Shown here in pieces: positions 38,281 through 48,680 of a stretch of DNA of 64,000 bases. Both the position numbers and the translations under genes were made by a program. Position 1 is the stretch's first letter. Each line of letters opens with the position of its first letter. The stretch covers positions 509 to 64,508 of the forward strand of contig DASPGI010000126.1 of NCBI GenBank assembly GCA_035620695.1. The letters run 5' to 3'. The notes beneath the pieces were generated by a model. It saw only the letters and a program-made list of their open reading frames with translations. It had not been told where the DNA came from and searched no databases. Source of the DNA: Alphaproteobacteria bacterium. GTDB taxonomy: Bacteria > Pseudomonadota > Alphaproteobacteria > JAREAF01.

Positions 38281-39042
38281 ATGCAGACGACGCGCTTTCA
38301 GGGACGCATCGGCATCGTTACCGGCGCGGCGTCGGGCATCGGCCTTGCAACCGCCCGGCGGCTGGCGCGGGAGGGCGCAAGGCTGGTCCTTGCGGATATT
38401 CAAGACGCCGATGCGATCGCCGAGGAACTTGCCGCCGAAGGCGCCGAGTCCGTCTTCCACCGCACCGATGTTGCTGTTGCCTCCGAGTGGACGAGGCTGA
38501 CCCAGTCGACCATTGCGAGGTTCGGTGGATTGGACTTCCTGATCAACAATGCCGGAATCCCTTTGGCCAAGACCGTGCTCGAGACGTCCGAGGCGGAGTG
38601 GGACCGTGTGATCGCAGTCAATCTGAAGAGCGTTTTTCTGGCTTGCCGGGCCGCTGTTCCGTTCCTGCGCGGACGGCCCGGCGCCGCGATCGTTAATGTC
38701 GCATCGGAACTGGGGTTGGTCGGTCATGCCACCGCTGCGGCCTATTGCGCTTCCAAGGGCGGAGTGGTCCAACTCACACGCGCCATGGCCATAGACCATG
38801 CCGCGGACGGCATTCGCATCAATGCTGTCTGCCCTGGGCCGGTGGATACCCCGCTCCTCGACGCGTTCAATCAGGCTGAGCAGGGACGCACTGCCGTCCT
38901 CGAGAACGAAGCGGTCCCTTTGCTTGGTCGAATCGGCCGCCCGGAGGAAGTGGCCGCGGCCATCCTTTTCCTTGCCTCGGAGGATGCGGGCTTCATCACC
39001 GGATCAGCCTTGCTGGTCGATGGCGGATTGACGGCGCGTTAA
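38281..39042 (+). CDS. SDR family oxidoreductase
   Basis: TGAASGIG, NNAG, YCASK and NAVCPG motifs; GGAGG RBS. Confidence 0.92.
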   Translation: MQTTRFQGRIGIVTGAASGIGLATARRLAREGARLVLADIQDADAIAEELAAEGAESVFHRTDVAVASEWTRLTQSTIARFGGLDFLINNAGIPLAKTVLETSEAEWDRVIAVNLKSVFLACRAAVPFLRGRPGAAIVNVASELGLVGHATAAAYCASKGGVVQLTRAMAIDHAADGIRINAVCPGPVDTPLLDAFNQAEQGRTAVLENEAVPLLGRIGRPEEVAAAILFLASEDAGFITGSALLVDGGLTAR

Positions 39043-39113
39043 GAATTGGGAAATCGATTGAGGTCTATAACTGTTCGACAGGCTCTGCAGATTTCCCTAA
39101 TGACGATGCGATG

Positions 39114-39147
39114 GAGGCCCGTTCCGCTCTCCCCGGGACGGGCCTTC
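39114..39147. terminator. GC-rich hairpin after the SDR gene (possible terminator)
   Basis: GAGGCCCGTTCC...GGGACGGGCCTTC stem; weak U tract. Confidence 0.4.
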
Positions 39148-39192
39148 GGTCATTTACCATTCATAAAACCGACACACCCGATAACTATATTT

Positions 39193-40701
39193 ATGGCGGG
39201 CGCCGATTCCAGCACGACTGACAAATATGCTCAAATCGGCGGGCTGGACGGCACGCAATTGCTCGGGCCGGAGGAGCTCGCTTGGCGGATCGCCGCCGAG
39301 CAAGTTCGTCTGTTGCATCGCAATGCCCCGCCCGCGCTGATTGCCAATGTAGCGATGGCGGTCGGCGCCGCCTTGGCGCTCTGGAGCGAGGTCCCTCACG
39401 CCCGCACGGGCCTTTGGATCTGGCTGGTCATCGCGCTTTCCGCGGCGCGCACCGCAACCTGGTTGATCTTTCCGGGCAAGGGGGTGGCCGGCCCCCGGGA
39501 GGTTCGCCGCTGGTGCAATCTGATTACCGTCGGCGCAGCCCTTTCTGGCTGCGCCTGGGGCGCAATCGCGCTGTTGCTGATGCCGCCCGACGCGCTCTTG
39601 CCGGAGCTGTTCCTGGGCGCGGCCATCGCGGCCATCGCCGCTGCAACCTTGTCTTCGCTTGCCCATCGCGTCGGCCCATTCCTGGCCTTTCTGCTTCCCT
39701 CCATCTTGCCCTATGGGGCGGCGATGGCGGTGAGCGGAGACGATTTGCACCTGATGATCGCCTTGGCGGCGGTGGGCTATGGTGGCGGGCTGATCGCCAT
39801 CGCCTGCAATTTCGCCCGATCCAGCGCCGCGACGATAAAGCTTCAGGTCGAGAACGAGTGGCTCGTCGGGGGGCTGCTTGCCGCGCGAGATGAGGCGCTG
39901 TCGGCAGCCCGCAACGCAGAGGCTGCAAACCTAGTCAAGACGGAGCTGTGCGACACGCTGGACCGGAGCCGGCGCGAGGCGGAGGATGCCAGCCGGGCGA
40001 AATCACACTTCCTCGCCGCCATGAGCCACGAGCTGCGGACGCCGCTCAACGCCATCATCGGCTTCTCCGACATCATGGCCACACAGGTGCTCGGCCCGGT
40101 TGGAAATGCGAAATATCTCGAATATGCCTGCGACATCCGCGTCAGCGGCCAGCATCTGCTGGCGATCATCAACAACGTGCTCGACCTGTCGAAGGTCGAG
40201 GCCGGCCGATTCGAGTTGCATGAAGAGGAAGTCCAGCTTCTTGCCGTTGTTGCTGCCGCTCAGAAGCTGGTGAAACAACAAGCGAACGACAGCGGCCTTG
40301 CGCTCGAAGCGCAGGTCGCTTCCGATCTGACGCTTCTCGCCGACGAGCGCGCTCTGAAGCAGATCGTCATAAATCTGCTGTCCAACGCCGTCAAATTCTC
40401 GCGCGAGAACGGCTCGGTCTCGGTGAATGCGTTCTTGGACGAGGGCAGTGGGCTGGTGCTCTCGGTCAGGGACGACGGCATCGGCATCTCGCAGAAGGAT
40501 GTCGATCGGCTGCTCGAGCCGTTCCGCCAGGCAGACGAGCCGCTGATCCGCAAGCACACCGGGACCGGCCTCGGACTGGCCCTGGTCAAGTCGCTGGTGG
40601 AGCTGCATGGCGGCTCGATCCGGCTCGACAGCGTCTTTGGGACCGGCACCACCGTCAGCGTGCGCTTTCCCCCCTCGCGCGTGCGTCGTCGCGCCGCATA
40701 G
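39193..40701 (+). CDS. Membrane sensor histidine kinase (PleC/DivJ-like HisKA + HATPase, no receiver)
   Basis: About 5-6 N-terminal TM helices; H-box MSHELRTPLNAIIG; N-box NLLSNAVKF; G boxes DDGIGI and GTGLGL. Confidence 0.92.
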   Translation: MAGADSSTTDKYAQIGGLDGTQLLGPEELAWRIAAEQVRLLHRNAPPALIANVAMAVGAALALWSEVPHARTGLWIWLVIALSAARTATWLIFPGKGVAGPREVRRWCNLITVGAALSGCAWGAIALLLMPPDALLPELFLGAAIAAIAAATLSSLAHRVGPFLAFLLPSILPYGAAMAVSGDDLHLMIALAAVGYGGGLIAIACNFARSSAATIKLQVENEWLVGGLLAARDEALSAARNAEAANLVKTELCDTLDRSRREAEDASRAKSHFLAAMSHELRTPLNAIIGFSDIMATQVLGPVGNAKYLEYACDIRVSGQHLLAIINNVLDLSKVEAGRFELHEEEVQLLAVVAAAQKLVKQQANDSGLALEAQVASDLTLLADERALKQIVINLLSNAVKFSRENGSVSVNAFLDEGSGLVLSVRDDGIGISQKDVDRLLEPFRQADEPLIRKHTGTGLGLALVKSLVELHGGSIRLDSVFGTGTTVSVRFPPSRVRRRAA

Positions 40702-40703
40702 CG

Positions 40704-42698
40704 CTAGGCGAGCCGTGGGCGTCCCGCGGCGGTTGCGAGGATGCTGCTTTCGATGAACAGATCCTGACCGAAGTTGCGCACAACCGTATCCTTGCGCTCG
40801 ACCGTGATCTCGACCGTCTCGGCACCGGCTGCGAGGGCGCGTGCGCGCGCCGCGTCCCGGGCCTCTTCGATGGCGTGAGCCGCCGCCTCGGCGAGCGTGC
40901 CAAAATCGGTCACGTGACGCGGCCCATGGACGCGAAATCGATCCTCCCGCAAAGCGCTGATGGTGATCAGCACCGTCTCGAAAACACCACCCGCGACCGC
41001 ACCCACGGCGTTGGTGACGTCGTGATGTTCGGGCACCACCAGTCTCGTGCCGAGCCGCTGCGCCACCTGGGGGTAGTAGGTTAAGATCGGCGCCCCGATC
41101 GCGACCAGCGGCCTGGCCAGCTCGATGGACACACGGTAAAGAGCATTCGGGTCGGCCTTCTTGGAGGAGGCCAGGTCGATAAGCACGGTCCCTAGAGGCT
41201 CGGTTCGCCGCACAGGCGGCCCTCCGGAGGCTTCGACAGTGGAGGCGATCAGGGCCTCGCAAGTCTGTGCGGCGACGCGATCAATCACCGCCGTGGCAAA
41301 CGCTTCCACGGCGAAGCCCCCGATCCAGCCGCGCTCTCCCGGGCGGCGGCGCCATAGCTCCGCCCCAAGCCGCGCCGCCTCGACCGACCAGGAGGTATGC
41401 AAGCCCAGTATGTGCGCTGCATCGCTAGGGGTAAAGGCAGCGATCTGCACAAGTCCGCGTTCGATCAGGCGGCGAAGCGGACGCTCGGGCCCTCTGCCGC
41501 CGAGCAGTTCGGCAAGCGGCGTCGGCGTCTTGTCGATCGCCTCCCACATGCGCCGCTCCGCGCCGCTCAGGCTCGCTTCATCGCTGCCGAGCGAACGCGT
41601 GCGCAGCGCAAACCGGCCATGCAGTGCTCCCACCAAGGTCTCGTGCGTCTGCCGACGCAGGATCGCCAGGCTCTCAGGATATTGATGCGCCAACAGGCTC
41701 AAGGGGATGACACGTCGCGGCCCGACCAAAAGCCCGCGTTCCGGATCGACATGCACCTCGCTGTCGCCGCCGAGACCGAAGGTATACACCGCGATTGCCT
41801 CGACCATGGTACGCCAGCCGCCAACGGTGGCGCCGTCGTGGTTCAGTACGGGCCGGCCGTCCTTCAGAAAGGCGATGTCGGTCGTCGTGCCGCCCATGTC
41901 GGAGACCACGACATCGCGTTCCTGCGTCAGCGCCATGGCTCCCACCACGCTTGCCGCAGGGCCTGAGAGAATGGTTTCGACGGGCCTGGTCAAGGCGTCG
42001 GCCGCGGCGATCAGCGCGCCGTCGCCCTTGACCACCATCAGCGGCGCTTCGATGGCGAGCTCTCGCAGCTGCCGCTCGACCGCTTGGATCAGCCTGTCGA
42101 GAAGGGAAATCAGCCGTGCGTTGAAGAGCGCCGTCAGCGCCCGGCGAGGCGCGTCGAGATGGTGGCTGAGCTCATGGGCGCAAGTCACCGGGTGGCGCGT
42201 GAGTTCGCGAATCAGATCGCGGGCCGCCAGCTCGTGGCTTGGGTTGCGCACCCCGAAATAGCCGGCGACGGCGAAGGCTGATACTCGGGGGGCGAAGTCC
42301 TGGATGGCCCTGCGCAAAGCATCATGGTCCAACGGCTGCTGCTCATCGCCGAGAGCGCCATGCCCGCCGCCGATGAACGCAACCGGGTCGCCTTTCAGCG
42401 CCGCGCCCAGCCCGGAGCGGCCAAGCGCTCCCCCGTCATATCCGAGAAGCAAGAGGGCGGCGGGACTGCCCTGACCCTCCACCAGCGCGTTGGTTGCGAG
42501 CGTGGTAGACAGGGAGACCAGGCGAATGCGGCTCGGTTCGGCCTTCGCCAGCACGCCGGCAATGGCAGCACTCACCCCCACGCTCAGATCATGACGAGTT
42601 GTCAGCGCCTTCGCGGCGGCGATGACGCCAAGCGCGGGGTCGTAAAGAACGGCATCGGTATATGTGCCGCCAGTGTCGATGCCAAGGGAAAGGGCCAA
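40704..42698 (-). CDS. Hydantoinase/oxoprolinase family protein (subunit A type)
   Basis: GIDTGGTYTD, TTLATNA, ILSGPAAS, DMGGTTTD and GLGGDS motifs; TTG start. Confidence 0.88.
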   Translation of the reverse strand: MALSLGIDTGGTYTDAVLYDPALGVIAAAKALTTRHDLSVGVSAAIAGVLAKAEPSRIRLVSLSTTLATNALVEGQGSPAALLLLGYDGGALGRSGLGAALKGDPVAFIGGGHGALGDEQQPLDHDALRRAIQDFAPRVSAFAVAGYFGVRNPSHELAARDLIRELTRHPVTCAHELSHHLDAPRRALTALFNARLISLLDRLIQAVERQLRELAIEAPLMVVKGDGALIAAADALTRPVETILSGPAASVVGAMALTQERDVVVSDMGGTTTDIAFLKDGRPVLNHDGATVGGWRTMVEAIAVYTFGLGGDSEVHVDPERGLLVGPRRVIPLSLLAHQYPESLAILRRQTHETLVGALHGRFALRTRSLGSDEASLSGAERRMWEAIDKTPTPLAELLGGRGPERPLRRLIERGLVQIAAFTPSDAAHILGLHTSWSVEAARLGAELWRRRPGERGWIGGFAVEAFATAVIDRVAAQTCEALIASTVEASGGPPVRRTEPLGTVLIDLASSKKADPNALYRVSIELARPLVAIGAPILTYYPQVAQRLGTRLVVPEHHDVTNAVGAVAGGVFETVLITISALREDRFRVHGPRHVTDFGTLAEAAAHAIEEARDAARARALAAGAETVEITVERKDTVVRNFGQDLFIESSILATAAGRPRLA

Positions 42699-42771
42699 GG
42701 AAAGGTCTTAGAGTGGTGTTCTCGAGAAGCCTGCTGATAGCAGGGGCTGCCGCTTCAGGCAACCGGAAGGG

Positions 42772-43758
42772 TCAGCTGCGCGGCCGCGCGCGCTCCGACG
42801 CCTTGCGCGCCTGCGCGGCGACGGCCACGGCAATTACCGATAGGGCGAGCCCGGCCAGCGCCCAGATCAGCAAGAGCTTCGAGCTGCGCTCGCGCCATGG
42901 CACCAGCAGCGCGTCGGCGGGCAGGCCGATCGCAACGACCATCGGATAGTTCTGGACGGTGCGATAGGTTGTGACCCGCTCGACGCGATCGTCGACCGCG
43001 ATCTCATGATAGGTCCCGGGTCGGAGCCGAGGTGAGAACTGCACGAACATCGTATCGGTCGCCAGCGAGCGACCAACCCAATCTTCGCCGCCGGGGCGGC
43101 GCAGGAGCACCGTTCCATCCTCTTTGAGCAACATCATGCTGGCGCCGCTCGGAAGCGTGGCTTCCTCGGCGAACCGGTCGAGGGTTTCATTGTCGAGGCT
43201 GCCATAGGCGATGCCGATCAAGGCGCCGGCATCGTCGGTGACGCGACGGGCGACGCCGACGGAAGCATCCCGGTCGAGCAAGGCGCCTGGACCAACGAAC
43301 AGACCTTCGCTCGGTTCGGACAGAGCTTCGCGGATGAGATCGCGGCCGGACAGATCGAGCCCTCGGCGCACCGGGACCGTCGAGCTGCTGACCAGATGAC
43401 CCGCCGAGTCGATGAGCGCAAGCTGGCTGTCATGGAGCAGCCGCGCTTGCAGGGAGCGCAATCGGATATCGATCGGTTCGGGCGAATCCTGCACCTGCTC
43501 CAGCCCCTCTCCAATCGTTGTCAAGGCTCCTTCAAGCTCGGCGAGGGTCCGGCCGACATGCCGTTCGAACGCAAGGGTGAGAACCTGACTGATGCGGTCG
43601 GCCCCCGCCATAGCGCTGGTCCGATCCACCCAAGCGAGAACCACCATGACTGCGCCGACAAGGACTACGGAAGCGAGGGTCAGCAGTCCGAGCGGCCGCC
43701 GGGCGAGCCAAAACCGTCGTCGTCGGGGTCGTACGGTTTCAGTGGCGGTTAGCAGCAT
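42772..43758 (-). CDS. Membrane-anchored Cache-type sensor domain protein with no cytoplasmic output domain
   Basis: TM, periplasmic dCache-like domain (DLSGRDL, L..DGTVLLRRP, D.VERV..YR....YP.VV.IG), second TM, then stop about 14 aa later. Confidence 0.75.
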   Translation of the reverse strand: MLLTATETVRPRRRRFWLARRPLGLLTLASVVLVGAVMVVLAWVDRTSAMAGADRISQVLTLAFERHVGRTLAELEGALTTIGEGLEQVQDSPEPIDIRLRSLQARLLHDSQLALIDSAGHLVSSSTVPVRRGLDLSGRDLIREALSEPSEGLFVGPGALLDRDASVGVARRVTDDAGALIGIAYGSLDNETLDRFAEEATLPSGASMMLLKEDGTVLLRRPGGEDWVGRSLATDTMFVQFSPRLRPGTYHEIAVDDRVERVTTYRTVQNYPMVVAIGLPADALLVPWRERSSKLLLIWALAGLALSVIAVAVAAQARKASERARPRS

Positions 43759-43976
43759 GACCCCCCGTTCCTCCCTCGGTGCGGGGTGAGCGACAAGCAC
43801 CGACCCGCTTCTCCCCTGCACAGTCGAACCAACACCCAAGGCTGCCCCTTGTCGCTACCTCTTTGGAAGTGTGGCGGGTTCGGATCGCACTTGTATGCCC
43901 GCCCCCTTTGCTGCGGGTGCAGCTTCTCGGCCGAGGCGGATGCGGTCGGTTTCGTTGCTCGGCGGCGAAGTTCCGA

Positions 43977-44801
43977 TCAGGCGATCGGTTCCGAAAGCAG
44001 GATCTCGCCCCTACCGTCAACGGCAAGATCGCCGGAGGCGCGACGCATCGGCCGTCCGGTGATGAGGGGCGCCAGCCAAGGGGCCGCATGGCGGAGGCGA
44101 CAAGCCAAGAGGCTGAGGATAGTCAGCTCGGTTTGGCCGGTTTGGACAAAAGTATCCGGTATGCCCTGCACAGCCCGCGAAGCGAGGATCGTGCCGCGCC
44201 GCATGCGCAATCCGGGTGAGGCGCCGAGCCCTCCGCCAACCGCCACGGTGCCGGCGACCATCCGTGCGCCACAGCAATCGCCCGCATCGCCGGTGATCAG
44301 GATCGTGCCCCGGCGCATGCGCTCGCCAGCACGAGGACCCGCACCGCCACGAACGATGACGAGGCCGCCGCGCATGCCGAGCCGCGCGCCGGGCGGCGGC
44401 CCACCAAGAAAGGATCCCGCGCCTCCCTCGATGGTCAGCATGCCCCCTCGCATGCCTGCTGCAGCATGGTCGCCGACCGATCCTGTGATGTGGATGCTGC
44501 CGCCCGACTGGCTTGCGCCGGTTCCATACCCGGCATCGGCGTCGACACGGATCTCGCCCTGTACAAGTCCACGTCCGATCCCGTCCAGTCGTTCGCAAGC
44601 TCCAGCCAGGACCAGAAGCGGCCCTGGTCCTCCTTCCACCCGGAAGAGATCCGCCAGGGCGACCGTGCGCCGGCCAAGCCACAGCGGAATTCGCTCAAGC
44701 TTGGCCGCAGAGGCATGGGCGAGCGTTTCCGGGCTGAGGCAGCCCACCTCGACCGGCAGAGGCGGCCGATTGCGCAAGGTCAATTTCCAACCTTCCATCA
44801 C
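43977..44801 (-). CDS. fhcC: Formyltransferase/hydrolase complex subunit C (FwdC-like)
   Basis: Gly-rich GXGXG beta-helix repeats (GMRGG, RMRRG); cluster context. Confidence 0.93.
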   Translation of the reverse strand: MMEGWKLTLRNRPPLPVEVGCLSPETLAHASAAKLERIPLWLGRRTVALADLFRVEGGPGPLLVLAGACERLDGIGRGLVQGEIRVDADAGYGTGASQSGGSIHITGSVGDHAAAGMRGGMLTIEGGAGSFLGGPPPGARLGMRGGLVIVRGGAGPRAGERMRRGTILITGDAGDCCGARMVAGTVAVGGGLGASPGLRMRRGTILASRAVQGIPDTFVQTGQTELTILSLLACRLRHAAPWLAPLITGRPMRRASGDLAVDGRGEILLSEPIA

Positions 44802-45694
44802 GAGGCGATCTCTCGCAATCGGAACTGGAATGGGCCGAGCTTGCCGCCGTAGTTACCCGCACCTATCCGGCGTACGCCTCCCGCGGCCCCGACCTCGCAT
44901 AGCGCCAGGATGCCGGCACGCATGGCGGCTGCAACGTCTTCCTCGGTCAAGCCGTCGATGACGATCTCCAGTACGGATTCGATTCCCGGTTCGAGCCGGC
45001 TTGCTACGACGCCCTTCAGGCTCGGGCAATAGGCGTCGTTGGTCGAGGCGGGGAGCCCCTTATAGCGTGCGCCGACCTTCGATCCCGATCGCACGATGCC
45101 GCCGGGAAAGGGCAGGATGACATTGGGCAGCCTGCGGATTGCGGCGACCGCGTGTTCGCTCGCGGCGAGCACTTCCGCCCGGCTCTCGCCGAGGATGAGG
45201 AGATTGCCTCCTCCTACGGCGCGTACCATGCCGACGCTGTCCTCCACCAGAAACTCGCCATCCATGACCGGCACCCGCCAGTAACGGCGGCCGAGAATCT
45301 GCTTGGAGGCCTGAAACCCGTCTCCAAAGAAGCGTAAACTCCGCCCGAGTGGAATCGTGTCTGGCGTATCGAGGCCGGAATAGCAGGCCGAACCGGCGGT
45401 GGTCAGGACGCTTTGGCCTACGCGCGCCAGCACCTGCTTGGCGAGCTCGGCCGAGTTGACTGCGAAAATCAGCACCGACACGCCTGGCCGTCCGTCCGGT
45501 GTCTCTGCCGGCGCAACCAGGCGCTCGATGCCAGCCTCGCAGCCGCAGCCGATCACCGAGGTGGCGAAGCCGGTGAGACTTTCCGCGGCCCTCGTGGCCC
45601 ACGCGGCACTATCGGCGGTGATTACAAGCCGGGTGGCCCGCATGCCGAACGCCTCGGCGAAGGTATCCTCGATGACGACGCCGTTGACGATCAT
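44798..45694 (-). CDS. fhcD: Formylmethanofuran:H4MPT formyltransferase (Fhc subunit D)
   Basis: DTFAEAF, GFATSVIGCGCEAG, TPDGRPG, RSGSK and GNYGGKLG motifs. Confidence 0.96.
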   Translation of the reverse strand: MIVNGVVIEDTFAEAFGMRATRLVITADSAAWATRAAESLTGFATSVIGCGCEAGIERLVAPAETPDGRPGVSVLIFAVNSAELAKQVLARVGQSVLTTAGSACYSGLDTPDTIPLGRSLRFFGDGFQASKQILGRRYWRVPVMDGEFLVEDSVGMVRAVGGGNLLILGESRAEVLAASEHAVAAIRRLPNVILPFPGGIVRSGSKVGARYKGLPASTNDAYCPSLKGVVASRLEPGIESVLEIVIDGLTEEDVAAAMRAGILALCEVGAAGGVRRIGAGNYGGKLGPFQFRLREIAS

Positions 45695-47367
45695 GCAGCA
45701 CCGCTCCGACGCCGGGTCGGTCGCACCTGAATGCGGCTGCCGCGTCCTTCGATTTCTCCATCCGATATTCTGAGATGCGGCAGGCGCATCGTCATGTGCT
45801 CGGAGAAGAAGCGTTCGACAACAGTGACGATCGCACCGTCATGCTCGGGGCGGACTACATTGGTCGCACCGAAGCTCTCGAGAAGAATCTTGCCCTCCCG
45901 CACCAAGAGGCGGCCGTCCTTGAAGACGAGCATGGGGTTGCCAAACATTCGCTCGCGATCCTTGTCCTCCACATAGACTGCGATGTCAGCAGCGGCGCCC
46001 GGGCCCAGATGGCCGCGCTCGGCCAGTCCCAGCGCGCGTGCCGGGCCGGCGCGCGTCAGGATCGCGATTTCCGAGAGCGTGTATTCGCGCCTTATCTCGC
46101 GGAGCGCGGAATGGCGAGCCGCTGCGGGATGCAAGTGGGACAGCATCTCGGCCCGGAACTCCCGATCCATCAGCAGCCGGATCAGGCGCGGATAGAAGGC
46201 GAACGGCGCTCCGTTCGGATGATCGGTGGTGAGCAGGACGCGCCAGGGGTCGGGCGCCGTCAGGAACAGTTCCAGGCCGATCGACCATTGCAGGGCGTTG
46301 ACGAAGGAGCGATCGCGATAGCGAAACGGCACGAGCCCGCATCCGCTTTCGCATTCGATATCCATGGACAGCCAGCGCCCCGGCTCGGCAAGAACGCGGT
46401 TGCGATACTGAGCCATGGTGTCGCCGGACTCGGTCATGGTTTGTCCGAACATCACCTGTCCGACGTCGATGCTGACATTCGGATGCCCTTGCAGCGCTTC
46501 GATGATGCGCCCCGCGCCGGAGGAGAAACGTCGATCGCCTTCCGTGCCATAGCTGTGGAACTGGATATGCGTGAGATGAACAGGCCAGCCTTCGGCGGCT
46601 TTCATGGTCTTCAGCGTGGTCTCGACGTTCCCGGGCACGCCGAGATTGTTGCAGTGGACGTGCAGTGGATGGGCAAGTCCCAACTCGGTTACCGCACGGG
46701 CGAGCTTCACCAGGATCTGCCGTGGCGTGATGCCGTAATGCGCGTTCGGCTCGTCCAGATCGAGCTTGCGTTGGTTGAACTTGAACGCGCTGATACCGCC
46801 GGGGTTGACCAGCTTTACCGCCACCGCCTGCGTGGCCGACAGCATGAAGGCCACGTAATCGTTGATATCCTCCTGATCGGCGCCGGACTGGATGAGACGC
46901 AGCAGCAGATCGTCGTTGCCGAGCATGGCATAGGCGCCCTTGTCGATCATCGGCGTATCGGCAAGCTCGAGATGCGCGTGGCGCGCGTTGGCCGGAACCA
47001 TCGCCGGCTCGAAGGCGGCGGTGTATCCCATCAGCGCATAGCGGTGCCCCGCCGAAAATGTGGACGGCGTGGCAAGGCCGCTACCCGATCTGAGCCCGCC
47101 AAGCCGGCCATGTGCATGGTCGCAATGATCCTCCGGCAGCAGCGAGCGCCCGAGATTGACCTTGCCGCCGGCGATATGGCTGTGCAGGTCGATGGCGCCG
47201 GCCATGACGACTGCGCCCGTCACATCGACACGCTCATGCCGGGGCGACGAGGGGCCGGGATCGGCGATAATGTGCCCGTCTTGGATCCAGAGGTCGCGCA
47301 CCGCTCCATCGATCCCATTCGCCGGATCGTAGATGCGCCCGCCAACGAGGCGAACGATGCCGCTCAT
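45691..47367 (-). CDS. fhcA: Formyltransferase/hydrolase complex subunit A (amidohydrolase)
   Basis: DLHSHIAGGKVN, KLVNPGG, HVHCNNLG, HLTHIQFHSY and LTTDHPNG metal ligands. Confidence 0.95.
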   Translation of the reverse strand: MSGIVRLVGGRIYDPANGIDGAVRDLWIQDGHIIADPGPSSPRHERVDVTGAVVMAGAIDLHSHIAGGKVNLGRSLLPEDHCDHAHGRLGGLRSGSGLATPSTFSAGHRYALMGYTAAFEPAMVPANARHAHLELADTPMIDKGAYAMLGNDDLLLRLIQSGADQEDINDYVAFMLSATQAVAVKLVNPGGISAFKFNQRKLDLDEPNAHYGITPRQILVKLARAVTELGLAHPLHVHCNNLGVPGNVETTLKTMKAAEGWPVHLTHIQFHSYGTEGDRRFSSGAGRIIEALQGHPNVSIDVGQVMFGQTMTESGDTMAQYRNRVLAEPGRWLSMDIECESGCGLVPFRYRDRSFVNALQWSIGLELFLTAPDPWRVLLTTDHPNGAPFAFYPRLIRLLMDREFRAEMLSHLHPAAARHSALREIRREYTLSEIAILTRAGPARALGLAERGHLGPGAAADIAVYVEDKDRERMFGNPMLVFKDGRLLVREGKILLESFGATNVVRPEHDGAIVTVVERFFSEHMTMRLPHLRISDGEIEGRGSRIQVRPTRRRSGAA

Positions 47368-48641
47368 CCGGCGACCCCGGGCAACGCCCGGAGAATGGCG
47401 GAGAGCAGCTCGGCCGCATTTCGACGAGGAGCGGAGCGAACCGGCGCAAGCGGAAGGGCGACCAGCCCGTCGGTCCTGAACATAACGCCGCCATGATCCA
47501 CGCCCGGCACGCCGACCGAAAGGAACACCGAAGGCGTGCGTGCAAAACGCGTTTGCGGATGGGCAAGGGCGATCAGGGGAACCGGACTGTCTGGCGGTGG
47601 TGTCGGTCGAAGCGCCGAGATCCACAACAGAAGATCGGCTTCGCTTTCCGCCAGCAGGCGCTGGGTGGAATACCGATACGGATCGAAGCGCGGCCCCATG
47701 GCGTCGAAGCGACTACGCAGGGGCAGGCCGCTCTGCCACAACATCGCCTGCGCGGCGCCGACCAGCCCGTCTCCCCCGGCAATCGGCAGCGCCGCCCAAC
47801 GTGTGACGCGGTTCAATTCCCGTACCAGGTGAAGCATGGCGGAGATTGCAGGCTCCGCTTGCGGCCCTTCCATCAAGCCAGGAGCGAACAGAGCAACGCC
47901 ATAGCGAGCCTGCCGCAATTGTTGTGCCAGCTCATCGAGGCGCTCCACAGCAACTCCGGCGATTTCAGGTCTCCGAAGCGGCCCACCGGAGGACAAGCGC
48001 ACCAAAGCTCCGACAAGTTCCGCCAGCCGCCCCGCGGGAGCGGAAATGGTGTCGCAGACAAGATGTGCGGGCAGCTCCGCCTCGGGTGCGTCGCCGAGGA
48101 AGATGAGCCGGCGTTTCGCGCCTGAGGGAAGGAAAAGACCGGCGGGCGGAAGCACTCGCTCGAGAAGGCGCGGAGCTAGACGGCGCGGATCGGGACCGAG
48201 CACGAGAACGAAATCGGCTCGGTTGCGTACCTCGCTCAAGGAGGTCTGAACGGCGCCGCCTTCGATCAGCGGTAGAAGCAGCCGTATCAGTCCTTCGGAC
48301 TGCAGATGGTCGACGGCGGCGCCGCAAGCATCGGCCAACGCGAGGGCGGCGCGCACGCCGTCGACATCCACGGCCATACCCGCCACGAGCGGCGCTGCGC
48401 TGGCAGCGATCAGTGCCGCGGCCCGTTCGATCGCGGCGCGTTCCGTGGCCGGTTCGCCGTCTATCGAGGGCGGCTGATCTATTGGCGCCGCGGCCTGGGC
48501 ATAGCCGGAGCGTGCAATCGGGCACTCTGGACCGATCAGCGTGACGGCGCCGTCTGCGGATCTTTCCAGCCGAAGATCGTCGCACAGCAGGCTGCAGAAC
48601 GGACAAACCGCTTCATCCAGCCACATCTCTCCGGCATTCAT
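47364..48641 (-). CDS. fhcB: Formyltransferase/hydrolase complex subunit B (FwdB-like)
   Basis: CPFCSLLCDDL, SLSEVRNRAD and PGVDHGG..FRTDG motifs. Confidence 0.92.
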   Translation of the reverse strand: MNAGEMWLDEAVCPFCSLLCDDLRLERSADGAVTLIGPECPIARSGYAQAAAPIDQPPSIDGEPATERAAIERAAALIAASAAPLVAGMAVDVDGVRAALALADACGAAVDHLQSEGLIRLLLPLIEGGAVQTSLSEVRNRADFVLVLGPDPRRLAPRLLERVLPPAGLFLPSGAKRRLIFLGDAPEAELPAHLVCDTISAPAGRLAELVGALVRLSSGGPLRRPEIAGVAVERLDELAQQLRQARYGVALFAPGLMEGPQAEPAISAMLHLVRELNRVTRWAALPIAGGDGLVGAAQAMLWQSGLPLRSRFDAMGPRFDPYRYSTQRLLAESEADLLLWISALRPTPPPDSPVPLIALAHPQTRFARTPSVFLSVGVPGVDHGGVMFRTDGLVALPLAPVRSAPRRNAAELLSAILRALPGVAG

Positions 48642-48680
48642 GGCGCCGCCGGCCTGGTCCGAAATCGGTCACTCTCCGGC

